NCBI RefSeq assembly: GCF_041398385.1
Contig: NZ_JAWKUW010000002.1
Coordinates: 245,125-309,124, forward strand
From: Hyphomonas sp.
Lineage (GTDB): Bacteria; Pseudomonadota; Alphaproteobacteria; Caulobacterales; Hyphomonadaceae
DNA: 64,000 nucleotides
Direction: 5' to 3'
The notes under the pieces are model-generated. The model searched no databases, had not been told where the DNA came from, and worked only from the letters and a program-made list of their open reading frames with translations. Made by a program: the position numbers and the translations under genes. Within the stretch, counting starts at the first letter, position 1. Every line of letters starts with the position of its first letter. This document shows, piece after piece, positions 18,412-29,060 of this stretch.

Positions 18412-18535
18412 CTTCCACCTCGATCCTGATTTCGCCCGGCGCAGGCTTGCCTTTTTCTGCCTGGGTTCCCAGCCACCACAGGCCCGCAACCGCAAGAACG
18501 GCTACGATTGCGAGCAGGATGAGGAATTTGCGCAT
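18401..18535 (-). CDS. 44-aa single-pass membrane protein (not in ORF track)
   Basis: MRKFLILLAIVAVLAVAGLWWLGTQAEKGKPAPGEIRIEVEDVV*; stop overlaps start of the next gene. Confidence 0.7.
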   Translation of the reverse strand: MRKFLILLAIVAVLAVAGLWWLGTQAEKGKPAPGEIRIEVEDVV

Positions 18536-18645
18536 GTCTTGGCTTCCCTGGGTTGTATTCTAACATCTGCGGGCCAACGTTCACGCATTGCGAACGGACC
18601 CCCGTCTCTATACACGATGAACCGAACCGGCCATGAAAGTCCAGA

Positions 18646-19218
18646 ATGCCATCTGACAGTGACAGTCGACCCGAAGAGACCTCAGGGGCATTGCCCTATG
18701 AGTCCCGGACGATTGCGCTTGTCGGCCTGATGGGGGCAGGCAAGTCCACGGTGGGGCGGCGCCTCGCCGAAAAACTGGGCCGCGCGTTTTATGACAGCGA
18801 TTCGGAAATCGAAAAGGCGGCTGGCCTGTCGGTGTCGGACATTTTTGCCCTGCACGGCGAGGCGGACTTCCGGCGGGGCGAGCATCAGGTGCTGAAGCGC
18901 CTGCTGACCCTGCCGCCGCATGTGCTGGCGACCGGGGGCGGGGCGTATCTGAATGCCGATACCCGCGCCATGATGCGCGAGCGGGCGGTCACGGTCTGGC
19001 TGAATGCCGACCTCGAGACGCTGTGGCGCCGCGTGCAGAAGCGCGACACGCGCCCCCTGCTGCAGCGGGAAGACGCCAAGAGCGTGCTGACCAATCTGCT
19101 GGCAGAGCGTGAGCCAATCTATTCTCAGGCGGATCTCGTCGTGCGGTCCAAGGACGGTCCGCATACGAATACGGTGAACGCCATCCTGAAGGCGCTGAAG
19201 ACATGGGGACCGACATGA
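18646..19218 (+). CDS. aroK: Shikimate kinase
   Basis: [25 protein letters not shown]. Confidence 0.96.
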   Translation: MPSDSDSRPEETSGALPYESRTIALVGLMGAGKSTVGRRLAEKLGRAFYDSDSEIEKAAGLSVSDIFALHGEADFRRGEHQVLKRLLTLPPHVLATGGGAYLNADTRAMMRERAVTVWLNADLETLWRRVQKRDTRPLLQREDAKSVLTNLLAEREPIYSQADLVVRSKDGPHTNTVNAILKALKTWGPT

Positions 19219-20345
19219 GCGTGACCGCGCCGTCGCTGGAAACCGTGCGGGTCGAACTCGGCCCCCGCAGCTATGATATCCTGGTCGGGCACGGGGCCCT
19301 GTCGCAGCTTGGACCCCGCCTGGCGGCGATGCTGAAGCGGCCGCGCGTCTTTGTGCTGACGGATGACCATGTTGCGGCCGCGCACCGGGCAAAGGTAGAG
19401 GCCGCGCTCAATGCCTCCGAGATTGCGTCGAACTGGCTGGCGCTGACGCCCGGCGAGAAGACCAAGAGCTTTGCCAATCTCGATGCCATTCTCGGCTGGC
19501 TGCTCGAGGGCGGGGCGGAGCGCAGCGATATTCTCGTCGCCCTCGGCGGCGGCGTGATCGGTGATATTGCCGGCCTGTCGGCCAGCCTGATGAAGCGCGG
19601 CATGGGTTTCGTGCAGGTGCCGACGACCCTTTTGGCGCAGGTTGATTCCTCCGTCGGCGGAAAGACGGCGGTCAACAGCCCGCACGGCAAGAACCTTATC
19701 GGCGCATTCTACCAGCCGCGCCTTGTCATTGCGGATACGGAACTGCTGGCGACGCTGCCGCCGCGCGAGCTGCGGGCGGGCTATGCCGAAATCGTCAAAT
19801 ACGGCCTGATCAACGATCCCGATTTTTTCGAGTGGCTGGAAGAGAACGGCGCCCGCGTCATGGCGCTGAAACCAGACGCCATCACCTATGCGGTCGCGGT
19901 CAGCTGCCGGGCCAAGGCGGCCATCGTCGCAGAGGACGAGACAGAAACCGGCGTGCGCGCACTGCTGAACCTTGGCCACACCTTCGGCCATGCGCTGGAA
20001 GCGGCCAACGAATTCCGGCCGGACCTGTTGCACGGCGAGGCGGTCGCCATCGGCATGGCGCTTGCCTTCCGCTATGGCGCCGAACAGGGCATCACGCCGG
20101 CCAGCGATGCTGAACGTGTCCGCACAGCGCTGGAAAGCGCGGGCCTGCAGGCTGCCATTCCGGGCCGGCAGGGCGGGCCGTACACGGCAGTGCGCCTCGT
20201 GGAGCTGATGCAGCAGGACAAGAAGGCGAGCGGCGGCAAGGTGCCGCTCATCCTCGCGCGCGGGATCGGCAAGTCCTACATCCATCCGGATGCGGACCTT
20301 GACTCTGTCAGAGCCTTCCTGCGGGCCGAACTGCTGGAAGCATAG
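19215..20345 (+). CDS. aroB: 3-dehydroquinate synthase
   Basis: [41 protein letters not shown]. Confidence 0.97.
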   Translation: MSVTAPSLETVRVELGPRSYDILVGHGALSQLGPRLAAMLKRPRVFVLTDDHVAAAHRAKVEAALNASEIASNWLALTPGEKTKSFANLDAILGWLLEGGAERSDILVALGGGVIGDIAGLSASLMKRGMGFVQVPTTLLAQVDSSVGGKTAVNSPHGKNLIGAFYQPRLVIADTELLATLPPRELRAGYAEIVKYGLINDPDFFEWLEENGARVMALKPDAITYAVAVSCRAKAAIVAEDETETGVRALLNLGHTFGHALEAANEFRPDLLHGEAVAIGMALAFRYGAEQGITPASDAERVRTALESAGLQAAIPGRQGGPYTAVRLVELMQQDKKASGGKVPLILARGIGKSYIHPDADLDSVRAFLRAELLEA

Positions 20346-20362
20346 GAACTTATGGGGCTGAA

Positions 20363-21625
20363 ATGATTGCCGGATATGCCATTGCCATCATGGTTCTGCT
20401 GGCCATGTCGGGATTCTTCTCGGGGTCCGAGACGGCGCTGACGGCCGCGTCGCGGGCCCGGATGCACCAGCTGGAAAAGGATGGCGACAAACGTGCCGCC
20501 GCCGTGAATCGCCTGATTTCGAATCGCGAGGGGCTGATCGGCTCGATCCTGCTCGGCAACAACGTGGTCAACATTCTCGCCTCGGTGCTGGCAACCTCGC
20601 TGTTTACCCAGCTGTTCGGACCGGGCGGGCTTGCCCTTGCCATGGCGACGGGGGTCATGACGCTGCTGGTGCTGGTTTTCGCCGAAGTGATGCCGAAGAC
20701 CTATGCGATCGGACGGCCGGATTCGACGGCCATGCGTGTGGCGCGGCCGATTTCGGCGCTGGTCTGGGCGGCGTCCTGGATCGTGAAGGCAATCCAGATG
20801 GTGGTCAGCGGTACGCTGAAACTGCTGGGCCTTGGTGCGCCGGCAGAAGCGGTGTCTGCGGATCAGGAAATCCGGGGCGCCATCGACCTTCACGCCTTCG
20901 AAGGCAGCGTCGAGGCGGCAGACCGGCTACGCCTCGTCGGCGCGCTCGACCTCAAGGAACTCACCGTCGAAGACGTGATGATCCACCGCAAGAACATCAA
21001 GATGCTGAACGTGGAACTCGATCCGCGCCAGCTGGTGATGAAGGCGCTGGCCAGTCCCCATACGCGCATTCCGCTGTATCGCGGCGAAAAGGAAGAGATC
21101 GTCGGCATCCTGCATGCCAAGGATCTGCTGAGGGCGATCATTCCTCTGGGGGGCGACCTGTCGAAGCTCGACCTCGACGCGATCATGCGCAAGCCCTGGT
21201 TCGTGCCGGAAACGACGCCGGTGCAGGACCAGCTGGACGCCTTCCTCCAGACCCGCACGCACTTTGCCCTGGTCGTCGACGAATATGGCGAACTGCAGGG
21301 CCTGATCACGCTGGAAGACATCCTGGAAGAGATTGTCGGCCACATTCATGACGAACACGATGTCGCCGTGCAGGGCGTGCGCCCGCAGCCGGACGGCTCG
21401 GTCAATGTCGATGGTTGGGTGCCGATCCGCGATGTGAACCGCGCGATGAATTGGAACCTGCCGGACGAGGAGGCCGTCACCGTGGCGGGCCTCGTCATTC
21501 ACGAGGCGCAGACGATTCCGGAATCCGGGCAGAGTTTCGTGTTCCACGGCTACCGCTTCAACGTGCTGCGGCGCCAGCGCAACCAGGTGACGGGTCTCAA
21601 TATCTCAGAGATCGAATCAGCCTGA
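20363..21625 (+). CDS. HlyC/CorC (CNNM-CBS-CorC) transporter
   Basis: SGFFSGSETA, ILLGNN, CBS pair, VVDEYG, ITLEDILEEIVG. Confidence 0.93.
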   Translation: MIAGYAIAIMVLLAMSGFFSGSETALTAASRARMHQLEKDGDKRAAAVNRLISNREGLIGSILLGNNVVNILASVLATSLFTQLFGPGGLALAMATGVMTLLVLVFAEVMPKTYAIGRPDSTAMRVARPISALVWAASWIVKAIQMVVSGTLKLLGLGAPAEAVSADQEIRGAIDLHAFEGSVEAADRLRLVGALDLKELTVEDVMIHRKNIKMLNVELDPRQLVMKALASPHTRIPLYRGEKEEIVGILHAKDLLRAIIPLGGDLSKLDLDAIMRKPWFVPETTPVQDQLDAFLQTRTHFALVVDEYGELQGLITLEDILEEIVGHIHDEHDVAVQGVRPQPDGSVNVDGWVPIRDVNRAMNWNLPDEEAVTVAGLVIHEAQTIPESGQSFVFHGYRFNVLRRQRNQVTGLNISEIESA

Positions 21626-21633
21626 TTTGCGGT

Positions 21634-21906
21634 TCACGGTGCGGCGGCCTTGATGGCGAGCGCGTGCAGCCCGGTGTCGAATTCCGGTTGCAGAACCATC
21701 ATCACGCTGCGCTGGATCTGGACCCTTGAGAGGCCTTCGAAGGCCGTCGAGACGATTTTCACGGAATAATGCGTTTCGCCCCCGGGCTGGGCGCCCGCAT
21801 GGCCTGCATGTTTGGCGCTGTCGTCGGTCACGGAAAGCTCGACCGGGTCGAAGGCCTCTGTCAACTTTTCATGAATTCGCGACAGCCTGTCAGTCGGTTG
21901 TGGCAT
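21634..21906 (-). CDS. bolA: BolA family protein
   Basis: DDSAKHAGH, GETHY, F.GLSRV, GLHALAI. Confidence 0.9.
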   Translation of the reverse strand: MPQPTDRLSRIHEKLTEAFDPVELSVTDDSAKHAGHAGAQPGGETHYSVKIVSTAFEGLSRVQIQRSVMMVLQPEFDTGLHALAIKAAAP

Positions 21907-21937
21907 CTTTAACAAGCGCTCCCTATTATACCGCGTC

Positions 21938-22567
21938 ATGTCCGACGGCGAACCCTTCACCTATCGCGTCAAGTTCACCGATATAAGGGTGAACCCGCCG
22001 CCCGACGAGGCGTCGCGGGCACGTGCGCGCACCACAAGGGTCTGCGACCATGCCAGCTGCGACCTCGAAGGCACGCATCCGGCGCCGAAACGCAAGGGCA
22101 AGGGCAAATTCTATTTCTGCTTCCAGCACGCGGCTGAATACAATCGCAGCTTCAATTTCTTTGAAGGCATGTCGGAAGCCGAGGCGGCCTCCTTCGTGCG
22201 CAACGAACAGTTCGGCCACAAGCGCACCTGGCGGTTCGGCACCGGGCCGATGGGCGGGCGCAAGGCGACCGACCAGTTCGACCCGCGCCGCTGGGCCGGC
22301 CGGCGCTTCTTCGACATGGACGATATTGCCGAGGCGACCGGCGGCAGCGCCACCTCCGGCAAGCGTTCGACCCTGCAGATGCGGGCGCTGAGGGAACTCG
22401 ACCTCGAAGGCGACGCGACGGCGGTCGAGATCCGCGCCCGCTATGCCGAATATGTGCGTCGGTTCCATCCGGATTCGAACCAGGGCGACCGGTCGTCGGA
22501 GGACAAGCTACAGCGCGTGCTGCGGGCGGGCAAACTGCTGAAGGCCGCCGGCCTGATGAAGGGCTGA
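21938..22567 (+). CDS. DnaJ-domain protein with N-terminal Cys/His motif
   Basis: CDH..C...APK....FC..H..EYN; C-terminal J domain with HPD. Confidence 0.88.
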   Translation: MSDGEPFTYRVKFTDIRVNPPPDEASRARARTTRVCDHASCDLEGTHPAPKRKGKGKFYFCFQHAAEYNRSFNFFEGMSEAEAASFVRNEQFGHKRTWRFGTGPMGGRKATDQFDPRRWAGRRFFDMDDIAEATGGSATSGKRSTLQMRALRELDLEGDATAVEIRARYAEYVRRFHPDSNQGDRSSEDKLQRVLRAGKLLKAAGLMKG

Positions 22568-22578
22568 GGCGCCCTCGC

Positions 22579-24069
22579 GTGCACGATCTTCTGGTCATCG
22601 GGGGCGGGATCAACGGCGTCGGCATCGCGCGCGACGCGGCCGGGCGCGGGCTGGATGTCGTGCTCGTCGAGAAGGACGACCTGGCCCAGCACACGTCTTC
22701 GGCCAGCACGAAGCTGATCCATGGCGGCCTGCGCTATCTGGAGATGTACGATTTCGCGCTGGTTCGAAAGGCGCTGATCGAGCGGGAAATCCTGCTGCGC
22801 GCGGCGCCGCACATCATCTGGCCGATGCGGTTCGTGCTGCCCCATGACAAGGATCTGAGGCCTGCCTGGCTGATCAGGCTGGGCCTCTTCCTTTACGATC
22901 ATCTCGGCGGGCGGGAGATGCTGCCCCCGACCCGGACCCTGAAGCGCAAGACGACCAACCGGCTCGATCCGCTCAAGGAGGAATTCCGCCTCGCCTTCGA
23001 ATATTCCGATTGCTGGGTGGAGGATTCGCGTCTTGTCGTGCTGAATGCGGTCGATGCGAAAGAGCGCGGTGCGGAGGTGCTGACGCGCACCGCGTGTACA
23101 AAGCTCACCCGGCACCCGGCGCACTGGGAGGCGGAATTTACGTCCGGCGGGAAGACAGAGACGCGCCAGTTCCGTGCCGTGGTCAATTCCGCCGGCGGCT
23201 GGGTGGATGAGGTTCTGGGGCTGGCGGGGGCGGGGGAAAAGGAACGCCACCTTCGCCTTGTCAAAGGCAGCCACATCATCGTGCCGAAATGGCATGAGGG
23301 CCGGCACGCTTACTTCTTCCAGAACGGCGACGGGCGCATCATGTTCGCCATCCCCTACGAGCGGGGCGAGTTCACCCTGATCGGTACGACGGATATTCCG
23401 TATACCGCCGACAAGGACAAGGTGGAGATCAGCCAGGATGAGATCGAGTATCTCTGCGCCGGGGCGAGCGAATATTACCAGAAGCCGCTTTCCCCGTCGG
23501 ATGTGGTGGCGACCTATTCCGGGGTGCGTCCGCTGTATGATGACCATGCGGCGTCGGCCTCGAAGGTCACGCGCGATTATGTGCTGAAGCGCGATGCGGA
23601 TGGCGGCGCGCCGATTCTCTCGGTGTTCGGCGGCAAGATCACGACCTATCGCGAACTCGCCGAACATGTGCTGGAGGAAATGGCGCCGGACTTCCCGAAA
23701 ATGGCGGAGCCGTGGACGCGGGACGCGAAGCTGCCGGGCGGCGACATCCTGCTTGCCGATTTCGAATCCTTCGTCGGCACACTCGGCCTTGTCTATTCCG
23801 AACTTCCGGCACCACTCGTCGGGCGGCTTGCCCGTGCCTATGGCACACGGCTGAAAGTACTGCTGAAGGGGAAGAAGACGCTTGCCGATCTTGGCCGCGA
23901 CTTTGGCGGCGGGCTGACCGAGGCGGAGGTCAGCTATCTGGTCGAGCATGAATTCGCCCGCACGCCCGAAGACATCCTGAAGCGACGCTCGAAACTCTAC
24001 CTGCACATGACGGCGGCAGAACAGGCAGAATTCACGGCGTGGTTCAATGCGAGCTATTCGGCGCCCTGA
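22579..24069 (+). CDS. glpD: Glycerol-3-phosphate dehydrogenase
   Basis: IGGGINGVGIARDAAGRG, TSSASTKLIHGGLRYLE, GGKITTYR. Confidence 0.96.
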   Translation: MHDLLVIGGGINGVGIARDAAGRGLDVVLVEKDDLAQHTSSASTKLIHGGLRYLEMYDFALVRKALIEREILLRAAPHIIWPMRFVLPHDKDLRPAWLIRLGLFLYDHLGGREMLPPTRTLKRKTTNRLDPLKEEFRLAFEYSDCWVEDSRLVVLNAVDAKERGAEVLTRTACTKLTRHPAHWEAEFTSGGKTETRQFRAVVNSAGGWVDEVLGLAGAGEKERHLRLVKGSHIIVPKWHEGRHAYFFQNGDGRIMFAIPYERGEFTLIGTTDIPYTADKDKVEISQDEIEYLCAGASEYYQKPLSPSDVVATYSGVRPLYDDHAASASKVTRDYVLKRDADGGAPILSVFGGKITTYRELAEHVLEEMAPDFPKMAEPWTRDAKLPGGDILLADFESFVGTLGLVYSELPAPLVGRLARAYGTRLKVLLKGKKTLADLGRDFGGGLTEAEVSYLVEHEFARTPEDILKRRSKLYLHMTAAEQAEFTAWFNASYSAP

Positions 24070-24075
24070 TCGCCT

Positions 24076-24702
24076 TTAAGCCGGGCCGCAGACTTCCGTC
24101 TCCTGAACATGCCGAACACTGAGGTCGCATACGGCCTCGCCATCGAAAGAGCAGGCATAGCCGGACCCGGTCGCTTCGCAGGGCCAGTCCGTTGCGGCTG
24201 CGCTGGCGGCGGTGAACCGATAGGAGGCGGTCGCCGCAAAGCTTTTGCACATCTGCGCGGCCTTCGCTTCCGCCTGGCTCATTGCTGCTGCGCGCGCGTC
24301 GGCTTCGCCGGGATAGGATTTGCCGTCTCCGGCGAGGAACAGGACGAGGCGCTTTTCCGTCGGTTCCCAGACTTCCGTCGCTTCCGTGCGCATCGCGGCG
24401 AGCATGTCCGCCGCATCGTCCCGGAAGGCGCCCTCCGGGAACAGGTCGATATGCCGGCGCAGGGCTTCGCAGCTGGCGGTTTCGCGATTGGCCCAGGCGA
24501 GGCGCTCGGTCTTCGATGGCTTGCCGCCGAAGCCCATCGCACCGCAGGCATCGGAGATGCCCGGCTGGGCGATGTCGATGGAGCAAACCATATTCTGGAA
24601 CGACATGACATTCGCGCCGAATGAAATTGCCGTACCGATCGCCACGAGCAGAGGCGCACCGAAGAGGATCAGGCCACCTGACTTCTTTTTCGATTCGGAC
24701 AT
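24076..24702 (-). CDS. Cys-rich membrane-anchored hypothetical protein
   Basis: N-terminal TM; seven Cys; W.....SCEALRRHIDLFPEGAF motif. Confidence 0.7.
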   Translation of the reverse strand: MSESKKKSGGLILFGAPLLVAIGTAISFGANVMSFQNMVCSIDIAQPGISDACGAMGFGGKPSKTERLAWANRETASCEALRRHIDLFPEGAFRDDAADMLAAMRTEATEVWEPTEKRLVLFLAGDGKSYPGEADARAAAMSQAEAKAAQMCKSFAATASYRFTAASAAATDWPCEATGSGYACSFDGEAVCDLSVRHVQETEVCGPA

Positions 24703-24721
24703 ATGCGTTCCCCCGTTCGTG

Positions 24722-27007
24722 TCAGTTCGGCTTGGCGGCGTTGCGTTGGCGGATGATTTCCATTGCCTGTTCGACTTTCTGGTCGGTGCGGGCCCGGTCG
24801 AGATTCATTTCGATCATGTTCCTGTCGTACAGCAGGTCGAGACTGCCGGGATCTTCCTTCGACAGGAGGGCATTGATCCTGAGGGCTTTGGAATAGGCCG
24901 AGATGGCGGCGTCGAAATCCTTGGCCTTGTAGGCGGCATCTCCGAACTTGCCATACCCGTCCTGCAGGTCGCGTTGCCAGGCGACGTTCGTCGTGTCGGT
25001 AGCAGCGAGATCCTCGATGATCCGGAAGCTCCGGGTAAAGTAGGATTTCGCGTTCTCGAAATCCGACCGGGCGAGATAGGTTTCGCCAATATATCGCAGC
25101 GTCCTGCCGAGCGAAGACTGGACACCGAGATTGAGCGGATCCTTTGCGGCCCGCGCTTCGAGGATGGCGAGGCTTTCCTGATAGAGCGCGAGGGCCGGGG
25201 CCTCCTGTTTCAGCTGGGTCTTCGCGAAAGCCTGCGTATTGAGTCCGGCGGAGATGCGGGATTTCAGCGTATCGTTCGTCGGGTCGGCTGCCGCGAGGCG
25301 GCGCAGCGTTGCAATGGGTGCCTCGAACGCCTTGTCGGCTTCTGCAAATTTCAACTGTCCCATCAGGGATCCGGCGACCGCCATGCGCGTCTTGGCGAGT
25401 TCGAAATCGATTCCGGCGCTGCGCGCATCCGTCTTCGCGAGACGCTCCAGAATGTCCGCGGCCTTTCGGTATCGCTTCTCGGCCAGATCGTAGACGCGCC
25501 CGTTACCAGCCCTGTTTCCGGCGGCCGAATAAGTGCTTGCGAGGTCGCGTTGCCAGCGCGCATTGGTCGGGTCGAGGCGGACGAGTGTCTCCATCAATTC
25601 GTTTGCCTTCTGATCGTTCTGCGATGTGCAGACCATGTCGGACTGCGTCGCACACAGGTCGCCGATCTCCAGATGGTTCAGGGCCAGTGCGTGCTGCCAG
25701 CGTGCATGACCGGGATCGCGGGCCAGCAGGCCTTCGAGGTCTGCCTGACGTCGGCGGAACAGGTCCAGCTCCGCGGCGATGCCGCCATCCTGCAATTCCG
25801 TGCTGGCGATCAGCGACTGGAGGCGGGAATAGTCTTCCTGCCAGGCCAGCGTGTCGGGGGCCGTTTCAAGCAGGCGGCTCTCGATGTCGAGCGCGCCCCT
25901 GAACCAATCGAGCGCATCGCCGAGTTCGCCCTGTTCTTTCCGCACACTGCCGAAGTCGGTCAGGATCGTGGCACGCGTCCATTGGGCGTTGCTACTGTCA
26001 GGCTGAAGCGCGATGAGCCGGTCGGCCGCGTCGAGGGCCTGTTTCAGGACCGGCAGGACAGCCGAGAGATTGCCTTTGTCCACAAGGACGCTTCCGCGAA
26101 GCCTGTAGACATCGGCGAGGCCGTCCTGATACCGCGCGGTGCCGGGGCCCGCGTCAGCAAGCGCCTCGAGCAAGGCTGCGCTCGTGCCGAGATGGGCCTC
26201 GGCGTCCGGCAGCTTGCCCTGATCGAATTCGATGGCGCCGAGTGTCTTGAGCGCTTCAGCCCTGGTGGCTTCATCCGGGGCAAGGTCGAGCGCGTTCCGG
26301 GCGGCGGCCGCCGCCTCGGTCAGCTTGCCTGCATCGCGATAGAGGCCGCTCAGCGTGATCCAGTCGGATGCCTCGCTGCCATCGAGCCGAGTGATTTCCT
26401 CGAAGCGCCTGATCAGGTCCGCCGTGGTGAGATTGCCTGAGGCGCGGGCTTCGAGGGCGAGCGCCGCGATCTGGCGCGCTTCAGAGGCCGATTCGGCATT
26501 GACCCGCGCCATCCGGGCCGCATCGCGCGCCTTGCGCAGATCATCGAGGATGGCGATGGCCCCCATCTGGTCGCCGCTGTTGAATTTGGCGAGGGCGGCA
26601 AGGCCCTCGGGCGTCGCAGCGATCGATTCGACCGCGTCGCCATAGGCCGAAATCTCGCGCGCATAGCCGGCATCCTGTTGTGACAGGAGTTCGACGATCC
26701 GGCGTTCCTTGTCTGCGAGGGCTGCCTTCAGCGTGTGGATTTCGTCGGCGCCGCTTGCTGCCACCTGCAGGCGCAGCGCGTCAATCTCCTTGCGGGCGGC
26801 AGCGAGCTGCTGCGTGTACTGGCGCTCCATCGCGGCTTGCGTGGCGGATGCCGCGTAAAGGGCGGCGGCAACTTCCGATTCGACGGAATAGGCGGATGCG
26901 GCGGTCTGGAGTCCGCTTCCCGTTCCCTGACCGGCCGCCGGACCGGTTCCGGCCAATCCGACCCAAATTCCCAGACCGATCGCGGCCACCGGCTTTGAAA
27001 TACGCAA
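24722..27007 (-). CDS. Exported TPR-repeat protein with coiled-coil N-terminus
   Basis: Signal peptide; ~48-aa repeats of DP.N..WQ.DL type; AGGAGG RBS; TTG start. Confidence 0.8.
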   Translation of the reverse strand: MRISKPVAAIGLGIWVGLAGTGPAAGQGTGSGLQTAASAYSVESEVAAALYAASATQAAMERQYTQQLAAARKEIDALRLQVAASGADEIHTLKAALADKERRIVELLSQQDAGYAREISAYGDAVESIAATPEGLAALAKFNSGDQMGAIAILDDLRKARDAARMARVNAESASEARQIAALALEARASGNLTTADLIRRFEEITRLDGSEASDWITLSGLYRDAGKLTEAAAAARNALDLAPDEATRAEALKTLGAIEFDQGKLPDAEAHLGTSAALLEALADAGPGTARYQDGLADVYRLRGSVLVDKGNLSAVLPVLKQALDAADRLIALQPDSSNAQWTRATILTDFGSVRKEQGELGDALDWFRGALDIESRLLETAPDTLAWQEDYSRLQSLIASTELQDGGIAAELDLFRRRQADLEGLLARDPGHARWQHALALNHLEIGDLCATQSDMVCTSQNDQKANELMETLVRLDPTNARWQRDLASTYSAAGNRAGNGRVYDLAEKRYRKAADILERLAKTDARSAGIDFELAKTRMAVAGSLMGQLKFAEADKAFEAPIATLRRLAAADPTNDTLKSRISAGLNTQAFAKTQLKQEAPALALYQESLAILEARAAKDPLNLGVQSSLGRTLRYIGETYLARSDFENAKSYFTRSFRIIEDLAATDTTNVAWQRDLQDGYGKFGDAAYKAKDFDAAISAYSKALRINALLSKEDPGSLDLLYDRNMIEMNLDRARTDQKVEQAMEIIRQRNAAKPN

Positions 27008-27198
27008 GCCGTACCCTCCTGAATTTTTGATCCCGGCGAATCCGTAAAAAGCCAGTCAGGCCTACAGGGGCGGCGAGGTCAAGGCCCGCGCCCTGGGCAT
27101 TCGCCCGCTGACCGGGCAGATCGCGTGTCAGCCCTTATGGACAGGCCCCGCGGCGTATGGTGAAAGGCGCAAAGCAACAGGCAAGGCAGGGTTTTGCG

Positions 27199-28209
27199 AT
27201 GACCAAGGGCTTGGTGACGATTTTCGGCGGCTCGGGCTTTATCGGGCGCTACACGGCGCGCGAGCTGGTGAAGAAGGGCTGGCGCGTGCGTGTCGCCTGC
27301 CGCCGGGTCGGAATCGCCGGGGATGTCCGCCTTGCGGGTGCGCCGGGCTGGGTGGACCTGGCCCAGGCGAATGTCCGCGACCGCGCCTCGATCGAGCGGG
27401 CGCTGGAAGGCGCCGATGCGGTCGTCAACCTCGTGGGCATCCTTGCCGAAAAGGGAAAGCAGACCTTTGAATCGACCCAGCGCGACGGCGCGGCGCTGAT
27501 CGCGGAAGTCGCGGCGGAAAAGGGCATCACGCGGTTCGTGCAGGTGTCCGCCATCGGTGCCGATCCGGACTCGCCCTCCGACTACGGGAAGACCAAGGCC
27601 GAGGCCGAAGCGGCCGTGCGCGAGAAGGTTCCGGCGGCGACGATCCTGCGCCCGTCCATCGTGTTCGGCCCGGAAGACGGATTCTTCAACAAGTTCGCGG
27701 CCATGGCGACATGGCCGGTCATGCATTTCCTGCCCGTGATGCCGCTGATCGGCGGCGGCAAGACGCGTTTCCAGCCCGTCTATGCCGGCGATGTGGCGCT
27801 GGCGATCGCGACGGCCGTGGATGATGCCTCGACGGCGGGCAAGACTTATGAGCTGGGCGGTCCGCGGACCTATTCCTTCAGCGAGATCTACGACGTCATC
27901 TTCACCCATACCGGCCGCAAGCGGTTCAAGTTTCCGCTGCCTGTTTTCATTGCGAAGCCGGTTGGCTACATGATCGGCGCGATCTGGCGCTATATTCCGC
28001 CCTTCAGCTGGGGCTTCATGGGCGACGTGCCTGTCACCGGCGACCAGGTCGAGATGCTGAAGGCTGACAATGTCGCAGCCGAAGGGATGCCCGGACTTAA
28101 AGAGCTCGGCGTGCCGCAGCCGGAAACGGTCGAGGCCATCGTGCCGACCTATCTCTGGCGCTTCCGCCCCTACGGCCAGTTCAGCCGGCCGTCCGAGTCC
28201 GAAGCCTAG
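27199..28209 (+). CDS. Complex I NDUFA9-like NAD(P)-binding SDR
   Basis: VTIFGGSGFIGR, VVNLVGIL, Y..TK, RPSIVFGPED. Confidence 0.92.
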   Translation: MTKGLVTIFGGSGFIGRYTARELVKKGWRVRVACRRVGIAGDVRLAGAPGWVDLAQANVRDRASIERALEGADAVVNLVGILAEKGKQTFESTQRDGAALIAEVAAEKGITRFVQVSAIGADPDSPSDYGKTKAEAEAAVREKVPAATILRPSIVFGPEDGFFNKFAAMATWPVMHFLPVMPLIGGGKTRFQPVYAGDVALAIATAVDDASTAGKTYELGGPRTYSFSEIYDVIFTHTGRKRFKFPLPVFIAKPVGYMIGAIWRYIPPFSWGFMGDVPVTGDQVEMLKADNVAAEGMPGLKELGVPQPETVEAIVPTYLWRFRPYGQFSRPSESEA

Positions 28210-29060
28210 AACCAGCCGACCAGAGGCGAGCTGAGCAGCAGCACGGCGCCCAGAATGAAGCGGTAGAGGACAAAGGGCAGGAAGCTCATCCGCTTCAGCA
28301 GCTCCATCATGAACCAGATCGAGGCGAGGCCCGTGATGAAAGAGATCACGGCTACGATCAGGCCATCCGCAAAGGTCAGCGCAGCGCCGGCTTCCGCTTC
28401 GGCGGTGAAAAGGCCGTACGCGCCGTAAAGGCCGGCCATCGCGAGGATCGGCGCACCGAGGAGCATCGACAGTCGGGCCGCTTCCGTCCGCTCATAGCCG
28501 AGCGCACGGGCAGCCGTCATGGTGATGCCGGAACGGCTGGTGCCCGGGATGATCGCGGCGATGGCCTGCGTTGCGCCGATGATCATGGCGTGACCAAGCG
28601 TGATGTCTTCTTCCTTACGCGTGCGCGGCCCGGCCACGTCTGCCCACCAGAGCAGGGCGCCGAACACGATGGTGGCGCCGGCAACCGTATAGATGCTGCG
28701 CAGCGCGTCCTGGATGTTCTCGGGTAGCACTGTCTCATAGAGGAGCGCAGCAATCACGGGGATCGGTGTTGCCACGATGATGCTGACCGCAAGACGTCCG
28801 GCCGGGGAGAGGGGCATCTTAGACACCGGCTTCATCACCAGTTCGAGGCCGCCCATGAAAGCGGTCGAAACATCCTTGCGGAAATAGATCAGCATCGCAG
28901 CCAGTGTGCCGATATTGGAGACCGCATTGATCAGCAATTCGTCCCGTCCGGCGAGGCCGAACAGGTCGGCTGCCAGCAGGACATGGCCTGATGACGAGAT
29001 GGGCAGCCACTCGGTCAGGCCCTGGATCGTTGAGATGAGTGCGAGCTGGAGCAGGGACAA
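28206..29060 (-). CDS. uppP: Undecaprenyl-diphosphate phosphatase
   Basis: QGLTEWLPISSSGH, PGTSRSGIT; start placed at TTG 29060 (uncertain). Confidence 0.93.
   Translation of the reverse strand: MSLLQLALISTIQGLTEWLPISSSGHVLLAADLFGLAGRDELLINAVSNIGTLAAMLIYFRKDVSTAFMGGLELVMKPVSKMPLSPAGRLAVSIIVATPIPVIAALLYETVLPENIQDALRSIYTVAGATIVFGALLWWADVAGPRTRKEEDITLGHAMIIGATQAIAAIIPGTSRSGITMTAARALGYERTEAARLSMLLGAPILAMAGLYGAYGLFTAEAEAGAALTFADGLIVAVISFITGLASIWFMMELLKRMSFLPFVLYRFILGAVLLLSSPLVGWF

Noticed and set aside
27008-27198. Possible tRNA or integration site next to the NDUFA9-like gene
   Set aside because: No cloverleaf, TTCGA T-loop or flanking direct repeat could be found.
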